A stretch of 64,000 nt of DNA from a virus: the IMG/VR virus record IMGVR_UViG_3300045391_003842, positions 51,789-115,788 of that record. One strand, written 5' to 3'. Positions 25,544 through 36,004 of this stretch are shown piece after piece; within the stretch, counting starts at the first letter, position 1, and the number at the start of each line of letters is the position of its first letter. The notes under the pieces are model-generated. The model had not been told where the DNA came from, did no database searches, and saw only the letters and a program-made list of their open reading frames with translations. The translations under genes were made by a program, and so were the position numbers.

Positions 25544-26415
25544 TCCACATGTACGTTCAGGCGCCGCCCCAGTACGAGAATATGCAGTTGATGGGCGACA
25601 GCATAGCGCAGTTGCCATTCATCTATGCCATGTCACAGAAAGACAAAATCGAAATAACCGGAGGTTTTAACGTCCATGTCATGGAACTGACAAAAGGCTG
25701 GAATGTCGAATTCCAGCCTTTATTTGACCGGGCTGATGGCTCCATTCTGCTTTACGCTTCGGAAGCGCTGAGCACCCACATCCAGACCGGGCGCCGGCTC
25801 TATATGGGCCAGTGCTATTTCAGACAGAACGGCCTGGAGGTTCCGGATCTTCCTTTGTCGGCACCCTTGCGCCGCACGCCTGTGGACCTCCCGCCGGGCA
25901 TCATCATCTCGCCGTATAGCGTCAGCGACATGGGCGGCAACAAGCTTTGGAGCCCAGAAAGCTGGATCGCGACCATCCAGGAAATCCGCCGGGCCGGCTA
26001 CGTTTGGCCGGTGTATGTGCTGGGCAGCAACCGGCGTGATGACTTCCTGCCGTACGAAGCCGCCGGTATGGTCAAGGTGTTCGACAGGCCGTTGTCTCAA
26101 ATTCTGCAACTGATGCGGGAATCGCCCTGCGTCATGACGTTGGACACAGGCACCAACCATTTGGCGCATATCGGTGGTGTGGAACGGCACGTGATGCTAT
26201 ATCCCGCGTGCCTGCCTAATGCCTTCGCCGAATCACCGCGAGCCATTCATGTGCGCGGCCCACGCCCGAACATGATCACACCGCGCCAGATGGCAGAGGC
26301 GGCACTGACGATGTTGCAAAAAGGTGCACCATGTGGCCAGCGTTTGTCGCGTATCTCTCCCGCTGTGGCATTGAATTCGACATCAGCATCAATGTCCTCA
26401 CAGGCGGCAAGCTAG
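25540..26415 (+). CDS. glycosyltransferase family 9-like (heptosyltransferase-like) protein
   Basis: IIISPYS...NKLWSPESW...TLDTGTNHLA...IT...V pattern. Confidence 0.75.
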   Translation: MIHMYVQAPPQYENMQLMGDSIAQLPFIYAMSQKDKIEITGGFNVHVMELTKGWNVEFQPLFDRADGSILLYASEALSTHIQTGRRLYMGQCYFRQNGLEVPDLPLSAPLRRTPVDLPPGIIISPYSVSDMGGNKLWSPESWIATIQEIRRAGYVWPVYVLGSNRRDDFLPYEAAGMVKVFDRPLSQILQLMRESPCVMTLDTGTNHLAHIGGVERHVMLYPACLPNAFAESPRAIHVRGPRPNMITPRQMAEAALTMLQKGAPCGQRLSRISPAVALNSTSASMSSQAAS

Positions 26416-26774
26416 GGCAGACTGTCAGCTACCGAGTCGCCGACGCAGACCGCGAAGGCAAGCGCTGGGGCTGCGTGTTCTGTTGGTTTTTGTACTATTT
26501 CGTGCAGCCCGATCACTGCGCGCTTCAGTTCGTCAAGGGACCGTCCACGTTTTGGACCTACATCCGCGCCGGCATCGCATTCGGGGTGGCCATTGCCATC
26601 CTGGTTGGTGTCATTGGCGCGCTGTACGTGTTCATCACTGGGCATCCCTGGAACATCGGACGGCCGCTCTGGACCGGCGTCCTCATCTGGGCAAGCATCC
26701 TGCTGATCATGGCCGTCGTCAGTCTGCTGCTGGGCCATGTTAAGCGGGCCTGGACGATGTTCATCACCGGCTGA
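26331..26774 (+). CDS. membrane protein
   Basis: N.L.GG....TVSYR motif plus two hydrophobic segments. Confidence 0.6.
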   Translation: MWPAFVAYLSRCGIEFDISINVLTGGKLGQTVSYRVADADREGKRWGCVFCWFLYYFVQPDHCALQFVKGPSTFWTYIRAGIAFGVAIAILVGVIGALYVFITGHPWNIGRPLWTGVLIWASILLIMAVVSLLLGHVKRAWTMFITG

Positions 26775-27352
26775 TGCCCGGCCGCACCTACAACGTCTAC
26801 ACGAACCTGCCGCCCGGCCAACTTCAGGACGTGGCGGCAGTGTTCTATTTCACGTGGCTCGCTTTTGCGATCGGCAAGACGGATATTGGCGGCAAGCGGT
26901 TGAAGCACCCGTCCGGCCGCTACGCCGCGGCGCTCCGCGTGGAGAAGCGCGGCGACAACCTGATTTCGATCATCGCCGATGACGACGCGGAGCCACAGGT
27001 CGGCATCATTGAGGAAGGGCACCCTGCCTTCAGCTTGAAGGATCGCATGCTGGCGAGCCCGAAAGCCAAGATGTCGAAAGCCGGGTACCTGTATCGCGTC
27101 CTCTATCTGCGGCCGGATCAGCAGGGCGAACCGCCGGCCACCATGTTGGATAAGGTGGTGACCGAAAACGACGCGATGAATATCCCCAAGATCTGGGCAC
27201 GGCCGCGCCCGTTTGTGGATCCGAACAGCCGCGGCCCGTTCACGATGTCTAACAAGCCTGGGTCATCGCCATGGCGAATCCCGGCCATGGTGGCATACTC
27301 ACCTGCCGCGATCCTTGCGGCTGAGATCAGGCGGGCGTACGGTAAGCGATGA
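26774..27352 (+). CDS. putative neck/tail-associated structural protein
   Basis: position; IIEEG..AF.LK..L...F.TMS.K...W..P motif. Confidence 0.55.
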   Translation: MPGRTYNVYTNLPPGQLQDVAAVFYFTWLAFAIGKTDIGGKRLKHPSGRYAAALRVEKRGDNLISIIADDDAEPQVGIIEEGHPAFSLKDRMLASPKAKMSKAGYLYRVLYLRPDQQGEPPATMLDKVVTENDAMNIPKIWARPRPFVDPNSRGPFTMSNKPGSSPWRIPAMVAYSPAAILAAEIRRAYGKR

Positions 27353-28227
27353 GCATCACGGGCGAAGCCGGGACAGACCCGAAAATCGGCTGGGCCGTGT
27401 CGCCGACCGGCGGCATTGTCACCTTGCGCCTGGGCTCCAACGCGGACTCAGAGACCTGGACGTTGACGCGGGGTGTGGTGTCAGGCGGCGTCGTGGTTGA
27501 GTCCACGACGCTATTTCAATTCCTGGATACGCCGCCTTTGGTGTTCGTGGACATCGGTGACCAGCTTCAGACGCCGTTGGACCCGACCAAGCTGTACCGG
27601 TACACGTTCACGACGGTGTCAGGTTCGGTGAGCACGGATGATCTGAGCCCGGCGGTGACGCTCACGCTGGAGCCCGACAGCCTGACCCAGATCCTGATCC
27701 GCGCCTTGCAGGCAGGCCTGCGGTCCCTGGTGATTCCGACCGAGTTCAAAAAGCGACCGTCCGTGTTCCACGCGATGCCGATGGGCAGCCTGCCGCCGCT
27801 GCCGTTCGTCAGCGTGAATGACACATTACTTCAGCAGGACTCGATACCGATAGGCCAGAACTCTGTACCGATGAATACAGAGAACCGGTATGCAGTCGGC
27901 GGTCTAGCTAACCATGGCTATACTATCGCTATATTTACAACGACGTCACAAGAACGGACGTTCTACAAGAACGCCGTGATCGGTATTTTCACGGCCGCGC
28001 TCGGCCCGATCATGGAGGCGATCGGCGAAAACGCTACGCACCGGTTTATAGCCAACTCCAGCCAGATGGTGAGCGAGGATACGCAGCCTGGGTTCTACTA
28101 TGTGGAGATCGGACTCGAGATGGTGGGCAACTTCCAAATCGGCGTGTCCACCCAGTACGGTGTCATAAATGAGATCGATTTCACCGACACGAACACCGGT
28201 GATGAAGTGATTGTGCCTCCCCACTGA
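27349..28227 (+). CDS. putative tail completion protein
   Basis: position upstream of the sheath gene. Confidence 0.5.
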   Translation: MSITGEAGTDPKIGWAVSPTGGIVTLRLGSNADSETWTLTRGVVSGGVVVESTTLFQFLDTPPLVFVDIGDQLQTPLDPTKLYRYTFTTVSGSVSTDDLSPAVTLTLEPDSLTQILIRALQAGLRSLVIPTEFKKRPSVFHAMPMGSLPPLPFVSVNDTLLQQDSIPIGQNSVPMNTENRYAVGGLANHGYTIAIFTTTSQERTFYKNAVIGIFTAALGPIMEAIGENATHRFIANSSQMVSEDTQPGFYYVEIGLEMVGNFQIGVSTQYGVINEIDFTDTNTGDEVIVPPH

Positions 28228-28265
28228 TCGTAGGACTATTGCGGCGCTACACTGGTAAGTGATAA

Positions 28266-28502
28266 TTGCGTGGTGGTGTACACCGTCTTGGAGCCAATCC
28301 TGTGGTCCAGCCGCTCGCGATTACGCTGAACGCGTATATGTCCAGATTGGCGCTGGGCGACAAAAGGCGCCTTCAACTGCGTGCGCTCCTGCGCACCAAC
28401 GGTGGTCAAGTCCACACCCCTGCCGAATGGGATGCGCTGATGGCGGAAAATTCAGGGCGCCCGTTGCACGACAAGCCCCTGAGAATGACGGCGCGGAGTT
28501 AA
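28266..28502 (+). CDS. small hypothetical protein
   Basis: ORF immediately before the sheath; start uncertain. Confidence 0.45.
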   Translation: MRGGVHRLGANPVVQPLAITLNAYMSRLALGDKRRLQLRALLRTNGGQVHTPAEWDALMAENSGRPLHDKPLRMTARS

Positions 28503-28506
28503 GCTC

Positions 28507-30309
28507 ATGCCCAATGCAAACGTCCAGTTTCAGGGCCAGATCTTCCCGATTCCCGGCTCATACGAGGCGGATAACGTTCAGGCCGCACTGCCGGCGAATC
28601 CGGGCCTCATCCCGCCGCTCATTTTCATCGCCTACGGCTACGGCGGCAAATACCTGACGCCGAAGTCGTACCCAGGCGGCCTGGGGCTCCAGACGCTTCA
28701 AGATGACATGCGTGGTGGGCCGGGCGCGAGCTTCGTGCCGTTCATCGCCAATCCGTCGCCCGTTCTGTTTGGTGCGAATCAGGTCACCTACATCAACGTT
28801 GGCGACAACACGGCGTCGACTCTGACGTTGAACAGCACGTCCGGCACAGCACTGCTGAACCTGACATCGGCCGATTATGGGCCACCGTCCAATCTGCTCC
28901 AGGCCGAGGTGGATGCGGGCTCGCAGGCAGGTGTCCAGATCACGCTGGTGGACGGCTACAACAACGCCAACACCCTGCAAGCCGACAACCTGGGTTATCC
29001 GTTCTCTGTGGCATACACGGGCGCCGAGACCACGGCGACGTGGACGGTATCGGGTTCGGCCACGGAGATCGTATCGCTGACCCTGTCGGACGGCGCCGTG
29101 TCAGGTGCATCGATCACCTTCCCGCTCGGGACCGGTCAGTACAACACGGTGCAGCAGCTTGTGGAAGCGATCAACGCCGCTTCGCAGCCGTTCATCGCCC
29201 GCGTCACGGCCAATCAGAGCAACGCGCAGCAGCCCACCAGCACGCTGGACGTGGCGAATGGCACCTTGGCAGAACCCAATGCCGGCGCACCGCAGTACGT
29301 GTTCATTCCAGGCACGAAGGGCGGTATCAATTTCTGGATCAATCGGTTTGCTTCGAGTTTGGCAACGTCGGCTATCGCGCCTACAGCGTCCGGCACGCTT
29401 GGCGTGGCATTGCCATCCGGCACTCCGGCGACGCACTTCAGCGGCGCCACGGCGGTGGCACCGACGAATGACGACTATATCGCGGCGTTCGGCGTCGCAG
29501 CCACGATTCCCGGCTGGGCGATGTTCGCCGATTCGAACGATCCGGGCGTGATCGCGGCCGGCGTGCAGTCAGCGTTCGATTGCAGCCAGCCGGCGGTTGG
29601 CCGCCCGCGGCGTTTCATCTCGGGTTCCAGCATCGGCGACACGGTGACAGAGGCGCAGACCCAGGCTCGCGACATGCAGGTGATGCAGGGAACCTACGTC
29701 TATCCCGGCATCTATGCCACTGACACATCCACGGGAATCAACACGCTGTATGGTGGCTTGTACGCTGCCGCGGCCGTTGCATCCATGATGTCGGGCAACC
29801 TGATCGCGCAGCCGTTGACCCAGCAGCCGCTTTTTGGCACGGGTGTGGAAGTGCCTCTGACCCTGGGCGCTGGCGGTGAAATCGATCTGCTCCAGCAGGC
29901 CGGTGTAATGCCGGTGTACATCAGTTCGTCCAACGGCCAGCCGACGATCGTGTCGGATTTCACCACGTGGCAAACCGACAATAATCCCGAAAACGTATTC
30001 AACCAGCAGGTGGCGTGCCGGCAGGCGCTGGCCTATTCTCTGTCGCAGGGATTGCAGCCGTATGCCGGTTCGATCGCGTCGCCGTTTGGCCTGACGGCGA
30101 TCAAAAATGCGACGAAGTCCATACTGAACCAGTTGATCTATTCGCCGGGCAACAACGGCATCCTGGTGAGTTGGGACGCCAAAAACCTCAAGGTGACGTA
30201 CACGGGCTCCACGCAGACCGTGAACATCCAGGTACCGGTGGTCTTCGTTGGTCAGGTGCGGTTCATCTTTGAGTATGTGCTTGTGCAGCCTTTGAACCTC
30301 GCTGCGTAA
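28507..30309 (+). CDS. tail sheath protein
   Basis: F.G...PIPGSY N-terminus; YAAAAVA...G......LT...; LLQQAGV..; size and position before the tube gene. Confidence 0.8.
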   Translation: MPNANVQFQGQIFPIPGSYEADNVQAALPANPGLIPPLIFIAYGYGGKYLTPKSYPGGLGLQTLQDDMRGGPGASFVPFIANPSPVLFGANQVTYINVGDNTASTLTLNSTSGTALLNLTSADYGPPSNLLQAEVDAGSQAGVQITLVDGYNNANTLQADNLGYPFSVAYTGAETTATWTVSGSATEIVSLTLSDGAVSGASITFPLGTGQYNTVQQLVEAINAASQPFIARVTANQSNAQQPTSTLDVANGTLAEPNAGAPQYVFIPGTKGGINFWINRFASSLATSAIAPTASGTLGVALPSGTPATHFSGATAVAPTNDDYIAAFGVAATIPGWAMFADSNDPGVIAAGVQSAFDCSQPAVGRPRRFISGSSIGDTVTEAQTQARDMQVMQGTYVYPGIYATDTSTGINTLYGGLYAAAAVASMMSGNLIAQPLTQQPLFGTGVEVPLTLGAGGEIDLLQQAGVMPVYISSSNGQPTIVSDFTTWQTDNNPENVFNQQVACRQALAYSLSQGLQPYAGSIASPFGLTAIKNATKSILNQLIYSPGNNGILVSWDAKNLKVTYTGSTQTVNIQVPVVFVGQVRFIFEYVLVQPLNLAA

Positions 30310-30325
30310 TCAGGAGTTGTAACCC

Positions 30326-30844
30326 GTGCCCGGATACAATCAGCAGCAGCTAAACTACAAGGTTCTGAACGGCAACGCCTGCTCGCTGATGATCGGCGAC
30401 CAGTTGATTGGCTTCGCTCAGACGGTGTCGCCATCCATCGATATGGGCGCCGAAGGCCTCTATGGTATCGGCTCGGCCAAGCCGCAGGAGATCCAGCAGC
30501 TTCGGTTCACCAACTCCATCACCTTGGACAAGTTCAAGTTGACGGATGAGGGTGTCGCATTTTTTGGCGGCAGCACGGATCTCGCCACCATTCTTGCGTA
30601 TAATCAATTCAACATCTTCATGTTGGATAACGCGGGTGTGGCGTTCCTGTCATATGTCGGTGCCGTTGCCGGGACGAACAACACCAGCATTTCGTCCAAC
30701 CAGCCTATCACCGAAGGTGTGAGTTTCCTGGCGCTTGACGTTCTCGACAAGGACGGCAACTCTGTGCTCAACAGCAATTCTGCCGACGTGTTCAACACGC
30801 TGGCGAGCGCTGTGAATCTGCCGCTCGTAACGCCGGGCGGCTAA
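30326..30844 (+). CDS. tail tube protein
   Basis: V..GN...L.I....IGFAQ......D.G..G.YGIG...PQE; AGGAG RBS. Confidence 0.8.
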   Translation: MPGYNQQQLNYKVLNGNACSLMIGDQLIGFAQTVSPSIDMGAEGLYGIGSAKPQEIQQLRFTNSITLDKFKLTDEGVAFFGGSTDLATILAYNQFNIFMLDNAGVAFLSYVGAVAGTNNTSISSNQPITEGVSFLALDVLDKDGNSVLNSNSADVFNTLASAVNLPLVTPGG

Positions 30845-30862
30845 CCGCCACCCGGAGTTTCC

Positions 30863-31273
30863 ATGAACGCCATTTTGAATCAGACCATCGAACTATCGTC
30901 CGGTGGTCATAAATTCGTGTTTGCTGTCCCGACTCCTGTGGAGCGCGCCCGGCTCGGCCTGCGGGAAGCCGGCCTGCGTCGCCAGTTCGATCCGGCCAGT
31001 GGCGGCTGGCCTGACGGCATGGACATGGACACGTTCAACCTCATCCGCGGTTTCGCCGTGCTTCAGCTTTACCTGCGGCAGACCGACGCCGAATGGGTGT
31101 ACACGGCGACCGACAAGGGCGAGCCGATCGTTGACATCGATAAGTTCCCGGCTGGCAAGGATTCCGTGATCATCGAACTGGGCCAGGAGTTTCTGCCCGC
31201 CCTGGCTCGATTTCACGGAGAAGGGTCTAAATCTGGACGACCCGATATTCAAGAAGCTGTGGACCGTAGCTAG
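30863..31273 (+). CDS. tail assembly chaperone (G-like)
   Basis: lies between tube and tape measure; GGAG RBS. Confidence 0.7.
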   Translation: MNAILNQTIELSSGGHKFVFAVPTPVERARLGLREAGLRRQFDPASGGWPDGMDMDTFNLIRGFAVLQLYLRQTDAEWVYTATDKGEPIVDIDKFPAGKDSVIIELGQEFLPALARFHGEGSKSGRPDIQEAVDRS

Positions 31274-31604
31274 TATCCAGGGGCATTTTGATCCCTGGCA
31301 TCCGAATCTGCTGGCACGGACCGAAGCCCAACTTGACGCGATCCTGGAAGCCTACAGCGTCGATTACCCGAAGAAGCTGAACTTCGTGCGCGAGTCGACA
31401 CGGCGCGAGCAAGAGCGTCCCTTAAATGAGATGCGTGGGTTCGCGAACGTGCTGCTCGGCGATGCGAAGGCCAAGCTTATGGGCAAGGTGGCGTTCAAGC
31501 TGCCGGCACGGTTCCAGGGTCCACAGATGGGGAAGATACCCCAGGCGAAAGCTACCGCGCCGGGCGCTGGTCATGTATCATCCCCGCCGCCAAGGCGGAG
31601 ATGA
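31212..31604 (+). CDS. tail assembly chaperone extension (T-like), likely reached by frameshift
   Basis: +1 frame open from 31170 to 31604 with no good start; candidate shift site CGA-TTT-CAC at 31208-31216. Confidence 0.55.
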   Translation, partial: FTEKGLNLDDPIFKKLWTVASIQGHFDPWHPNLLARTEAQLDAILEAYSVDYPKKLNFVRESTRREQERPLNEMRGFANVLLGDAKAKLMGKVAFKLPARFQGPQMGKIPQAKATAPGAGHVSSPPPRRR

Positions 31605-31607
31605 TGC

Positions 31608-34373
31608 ATGCCTACCATCAATATTCATGGCAATGGTGGCCAGTCTCCCGGTAGGCCGGGCATGACATCGTCCAGCGGGTTCGATGCGGCAGAGCGCCAG
31701 AAGATGCAACAGGACCGCTCGGCGCTCCAAGCGGCGCAGCGTAAGGATCGCGATTACGGTCGCATGGAGGCGGCCCAGCGGGCGCAGCAGCGCGCCTTGG
31801 ATGCGGAGATCCGGTCCTGGGAGAACTACAAGAAAGAGGTGGAGCGGGACGCGCAGCGCCGGCAGCAGAGGCTTGAGCGGATCCGCAGGGCTGACGATCG
31901 GTTCCATGACCGGTTGGAGCGCCAGCAGCGTGCCTACGAAGTCTCCGACGCGTTGGCTATGGACCGGCAGCGCACGCAGCGCCAGCGCCAGCAGCGTGCC
32001 TACGAAGTCTCTGACGCCATGGCAATTGATCGGACACGCACGCGGCGCATGCGTGAGGAACAGCGCCTGCGGGATCGTTACGATATCCTGCAAACCAAAT
32101 CACGCGATGTTCTGACGCCGGCAAACTTCCGCACGATGACGCGTCAAACCGGAATTCTGGAGCGTGACGTCAACCGGTACGCGGCGCGCTACGGCGGGGC
32201 GCCGGGCTGGGCCGGTGGCATCGGCGGTATGCGGACCGGGTTCGGCTCGGAGATCGGCGCCTTTGGTGTGCAAAACGCGGTGCGCCTGGGCGTCGCCGGC
32301 CAGCGCGCCGCGGAAAACAAGGACTGGGTTGAGCTTGCACGCATCAACCAGGAATTGAAACGTATTGAGAACATAAACGCTGCCCAATTGAACAGCCAGC
32401 GCGCCATGTCGCAGGAGCAAAAGGCGAACGCACAGCGCATGTTGGGCGCCGTCGCCCAGGCGCGATCGCGGATCGGCGCCGGGCGGTCTGGCCACAGCGC
32501 CGTGACGAACGCCATGGGCAGCATCAGCGGCATGCTTGGCATAGCAGATGAATTCCCTGTCGTTGCAGGCGTGATGGGAGCCGCCAAGCTGGGGTATCAG
32601 GCATTCATGCTGCCGGCGACGATCTCCAGCTACGCGCACGGACTGGCCGGGCTTGCCAAGCCCTGGGACCAGTTCGTTATGGATACGTCACGCGTCGGTC
32701 GCGGTGGCAATTTCAACAGCCGGGCGCTGCGGGCGCAACTGTATGGTGGATACAATGGTGGTCTCGCCGGTCAAGTGCCTGACTGGGTGAAGACGCTCGG
32801 CGTGACATCCGACAACGCCAACTCCATCTTGGGCGCTTATGGCCGCAGCTTCGGCGACGCGCAGTCCGCGGCGCAGTTTGTCGGCACGGTGCGGCATTGG
32901 AATTTTTCACCCTACATGGACATGGGCGACCAACGCCTTGCCCAGTCGGCCGGGCTCGCGACTCAGTTGGGCCTGCGCCTCGGTACCGTGCGGCAGGGCG
33001 ACATGTACGGCACTGACGTGAACGGCGCCGCCAGCAAGGGGTGGTTCGCGACGCTGCAAAAAGTCATGGCGGCGGCGACCGCGCAGGGCCTGGATCACTC
33101 CATCGCCATCAACAACGTGGAAGGCTTGCTGCGGCAGGGCGCTGGGGCCGGTGCCACGTCGCTGTCCGGCGGCGGCATGGCCAGTTTCTGGAATCGCATG
33201 GTGTCGTCTGGCCTGCCCGGCATGCGCTCGGGCGAAGGCGTCATGGCGGCGGCCGGCGGCATGAATGCGGCTATGAGCAAGATCGGCGTCAACGGCGCGC
33301 CGGCTCAGATGTTCATGATGCAGTCGTATTTCCAGAAAAACGGCGGCATGCCGAAAACCGCCAGTGCGTTGCAGAAGTTTCTTGGCGTCAGTGGTGATCA
33401 GTGGGAGTCGATGAACAGCACGCCGGCCAAGCGTGCGATGGTGCAGCAATACCTATCGGCGGCCCAGGCTGGCCAGTTCCCGTTGGCGATGTCCTATCTC
33501 CAGCCGTTGATGGCCGGCAACTATGACCTGTGGAACAAGATCTTCCAGGGCTCGGCCTACGGCGGTGTCAACCCGCTGATCAAGCCGTTGGTGGGTTCGC
33601 AGGTAATGGGCACGTCGCTTGGCGGCTACAACGCCATGACCTATGGCGATAAGAGCCTGCCGAACGGACCGGGACAGGTGCCCATCGTGGCGCCGAACAT
33701 CCGGTCGGCCTTGCGCACGGCCGCTGGGGCGACAGGCCTTCCATACGCCGTCGTGGCCGGGCTCGCGCAGACCGAGTCTAGCATGAACCCGAATCAGACG
33801 ACGCCGGGTTCCAGCGCCGCGGGCCTGATGGGGATCATCAAAGGCACCCGCGACCAAATGGGCCTTGCGGATGCTGACAAGTTTGACCCTGGGCTGAACG
33901 CGCTGAAGGGCAGCCAGTATTTCGCCAAGATCTACGCCAGCCTGGACGATATTCAAAATCCGCAAGAGCGGCTTCGGATGGCGTACGAGTTGTACAACTG
34001 GGGGCCGGGCGGCGACCACGCGACTGCGGTTAAGCGAGGTATGGAGCCCAACGACATCAGGGCCAACGGCGCTCGTTTCATGCGCAATGTCACGGCGTTT
34101 GCCAACATGCCTGGACAGCAGAACGAAACCGCGGCGCAGCTTAATCAGCTTGACCTGAACATCGGTCGGCAGATCCGGCAGAACGTGATCAACCCGGCGA
34201 ACAACATGGGTGTCACTGATGCGGCCGTTTCATTCAGCACGGCGATCGTCAACGGCACCAGCGCGGTGGAACAGTTCACCCAGGCCTTGATTCAAGGCGC
34301 CGCGGCGATAGGCCATCGTCCAGCGGTGCGCGGGTCTATGTCGCTTCCCTATCCAGCGCCGATGCAGCCCTGA
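31608..34373 (+). CDS. tape measure protein with C-terminal lytic transglycosylase domain
   Basis: helical Ala/Gly/Met-rich body; AQTESSMNP...SAAGLMGI...YNWGPG SLT motifs. Confidence 0.85.
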   Translation: MPTINIHGNGGQSPGRPGMTSSSGFDAAERQKMQQDRSALQAAQRKDRDYGRMEAAQRAQQRALDAEIRSWENYKKEVERDAQRRQQRLERIRRADDRFHDRLERQQRAYEVSDALAMDRQRTQRQRQQRAYEVSDAMAIDRTRTRRMREEQRLRDRYDILQTKSRDVLTPANFRTMTRQTGILERDVNRYAARYGGAPGWAGGIGGMRTGFGSEIGAFGVQNAVRLGVAGQRAAENKDWVELARINQELKRIENINAAQLNSQRAMSQEQKANAQRMLGAVAQARSRIGAGRSGHSAVTNAMGSISGMLGIADEFPVVAGVMGAAKLGYQAFMLPATISSYAHGLAGLAKPWDQFVMDTSRVGRGGNFNSRALRAQLYGGYNGGLAGQVPDWVKTLGVTSDNANSILGAYGRSFGDAQSAAQFVGTVRHWNFSPYMDMGDQRLAQSAGLATQLGLRLGTVRQGDMYGTDVNGAASKGWFATLQKVMAAATAQGLDHSIAINNVEGLLRQGAGAGATSLSGGGMASFWNRMVSSGLPGMRSGEGVMAAAGGMNAAMSKIGVNGAPAQMFMMQSYFQKNGGMPKTASALQKFLGVSGDQWESMNSTPAKRAMVQQYLSAAQAGQFPLAMSYLQPLMAGNYDLWNKIFQGSAYGGVNPLIKPLVGSQVMGTSLGGYNAMTYGDKSLPNGPGQVPIVAPNIRSALRTAAGATGLPYAVVAGLAQTESSMNPNQTTPGSSAAGLMGIIKGTRDQMGLADADKFDPGLNALKGSQYFAKIYASLDDIQNPQERLRMAYELYNWGPGGDHATAVKRGMEPNDIRANGARFMRNVTAFANMPGQQNETAAQLNQLDLNIGRQIRQNVINPANNMGVTDAAVSFSTAIVNGTSAVEQFTQALIQGAAAIGHRPAVRGSMSLPYPAPMQP

Positions 34374-36004
34374 TGCCCCAGTTCACCGCGATACCGGCGG
34401 CGTTCGCCGACATCTATCCGTTCGAGGGTGGCGTGTACTCGGTGCACGGCAACAACGGTGGCATGCTCGCGCTGGAAACGGACAAGAGCCTCAAGGGTTC
34501 GTTCGGTACCTTTAACATAACCTTGGAGGATGGCGGCCCGCTCGGGTTGAATGCTCGGCCAACATGGCTGGAGACAATCACGACCATGTCCCTGGTGGTG
34601 ATCGGCATGGCGCGCATGGGCCGGGCCAAGATTGTCATGATCGGTGTGGTGCGCAACGTATCGGCAGATACGGCCTGGATACCGGGCAAAGGCGTTCGCC
34701 GGGTGATCAAAGTGGCCGGTGACGACTTCGGCTATTTCTTCTCGTTGCAAAACTATTATGTTCAGAGCCTTTTGAATTTCAGTCTGCAAGGCGTGCTCGG
34801 CGCGGCCGGATCGCTCGCTGTGTTCCAGCCGAACGCCCTGGCGGGAACGCCGGCTTCGGTAGGCCAGCAGTGGTACGAAAAGATCATGGCCGGACCGAAC
34901 AGCATCATGGCCAAGCTGACTTTTCAATACCAGAACGGAAGGGTTGGTTTCTATGATCTTGTGGCCACGTGGTGGGAGACCCTTGCCGCCGACTCAGCAT
35001 CCGTACAGATCCCGTTCGGTGATAATTTTATGGTGGCCGGCGGTAATTGGATCAGCAAATTCCTTCAGATCTTCCCGTTTCCTTGGTACGAATTCTTTGT
35101 CACCACAGGAGATATTGGCGAATTTCCCGCGGCACAAAGGATGGGCTCCGGGCTTAGCGTCCAGTCCATGCCGTATGCCGCCGCAGCCGCACCGCAAGTC
35201 GTTGCTCGCGTCAATCCGCTACCGCGCATGCGGAATACAGGCACCACATCCACGCCGCAATTCACGACGGACATGACGCGCTGGAACGCGCTCCCGTTGT
35301 TTTCCCTGGACTCGCCTCAGTTCCAGCAGAGCTTCAGCTTCTCCGATGACGAGATGCGCAACTTCTACATGATCGATCCGCTCTGGATCAGCAACCAGAT
35401 CGGCGTGGATAACGCCATGCAGACGCCATTCGCCTACTTGTTCAATGCGTGGCTGGATGAAGCGAGCGTGCATCGCTACGGCTTTCGCCCGGACATCAGC
35501 GACCTGCATTGGTTCTACGATCCGAACGGGCTCATCGCCCAGAGCAATGCGGCGGCCGGCGTCGGCATCCCGGAGTATGACGGGTTGATCGAACAGCTTG
35601 CGGCCGTAAAATTCAGCTATCATGAGCCGACTCCGAACATGCTGTCTGGTGCGCTGACGACAAACCTTCGGCCTGACATCACGATCGGATCGAAGCTGCG
35701 TGCCAATCCGTACAAAGATCCGCAGCCATGGTTGTTCTATATCGAACAGGTCTCCCATAAATGGGCCTTTGGAAATAACGCGGCGACGCAGCTAGGCCTG
35801 TCGCGCGGCTTGCCCGAATCGGTCTATTCGGATGACGCGATGATGGTGGCCCTGCACACAGGCAATGCAGAGCGGGTGGACGGCGAATACCTGATCGGTC
35901 TGCCGCCGGGACTCGGCGATCCGATCAAGCCCATAAACTACCAGAACGCGCAGCAGCTTACCGGCTCCCTGGCTGCGATCTTCACGCAGGCCCAGGCGAA
36001 ATGA
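34373..36004 (+). CDS. putative baseplate hub protein
   Basis: KSL..SFGTFNITL; FYIEQVSHKW....ATQLGLSRG hub-type C-terminus. Confidence 0.7.
   Translation: MPQFTAIPAAFADIYPFEGGVYSVHGNNGGMLALETDKSLKGSFGTFNITLEDGGPLGLNARPTWLETITTMSLVVIGMARMGRAKIVMIGVVRNVSADTAWIPGKGVRRVIKVAGDDFGYFFSLQNYYVQSLLNFSLQGVLGAAGSLAVFQPNALAGTPASVGQQWYEKIMAGPNSIMAKLTFQYQNGRVGFYDLVATWWETLAADSASVQIPFGDNFMVAGGNWISKFLQIFPFPWYEFFVTTGDIGEFPAAQRMGSGLSVQSMPYAAAAAPQVVARVNPLPRMRNTGTTSTPQFTTDMTRWNALPLFSLDSPQFQQSFSFSDDEMRNFYMIDPLWISNQIGVDNAMQTPFAYLFNAWLDEASVHRYGFRPDISDLHWFYDPNGLIAQSNAAAGVGIPEYDGLIEQLAAVKFSYHEPTPNMLSGALTTNLRPDITIGSKLRANPYKDPQPWLFYIEQVSHKWAFGNNAATQLGLSRGLPESVYSDDAMMVALHTGNAERVDGEYLIGLPPGLGDPIKPINYQNAQQLTGSLAAIFTQAQAK

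Noticed and set aside
31920-32033. Direct repeat CGCCAGCAGCGTGCCTACGAAGTCTC..GACGC in the tape measure gene
   Set aside because: It is an ordinary in-frame 22-codon internal duplication.
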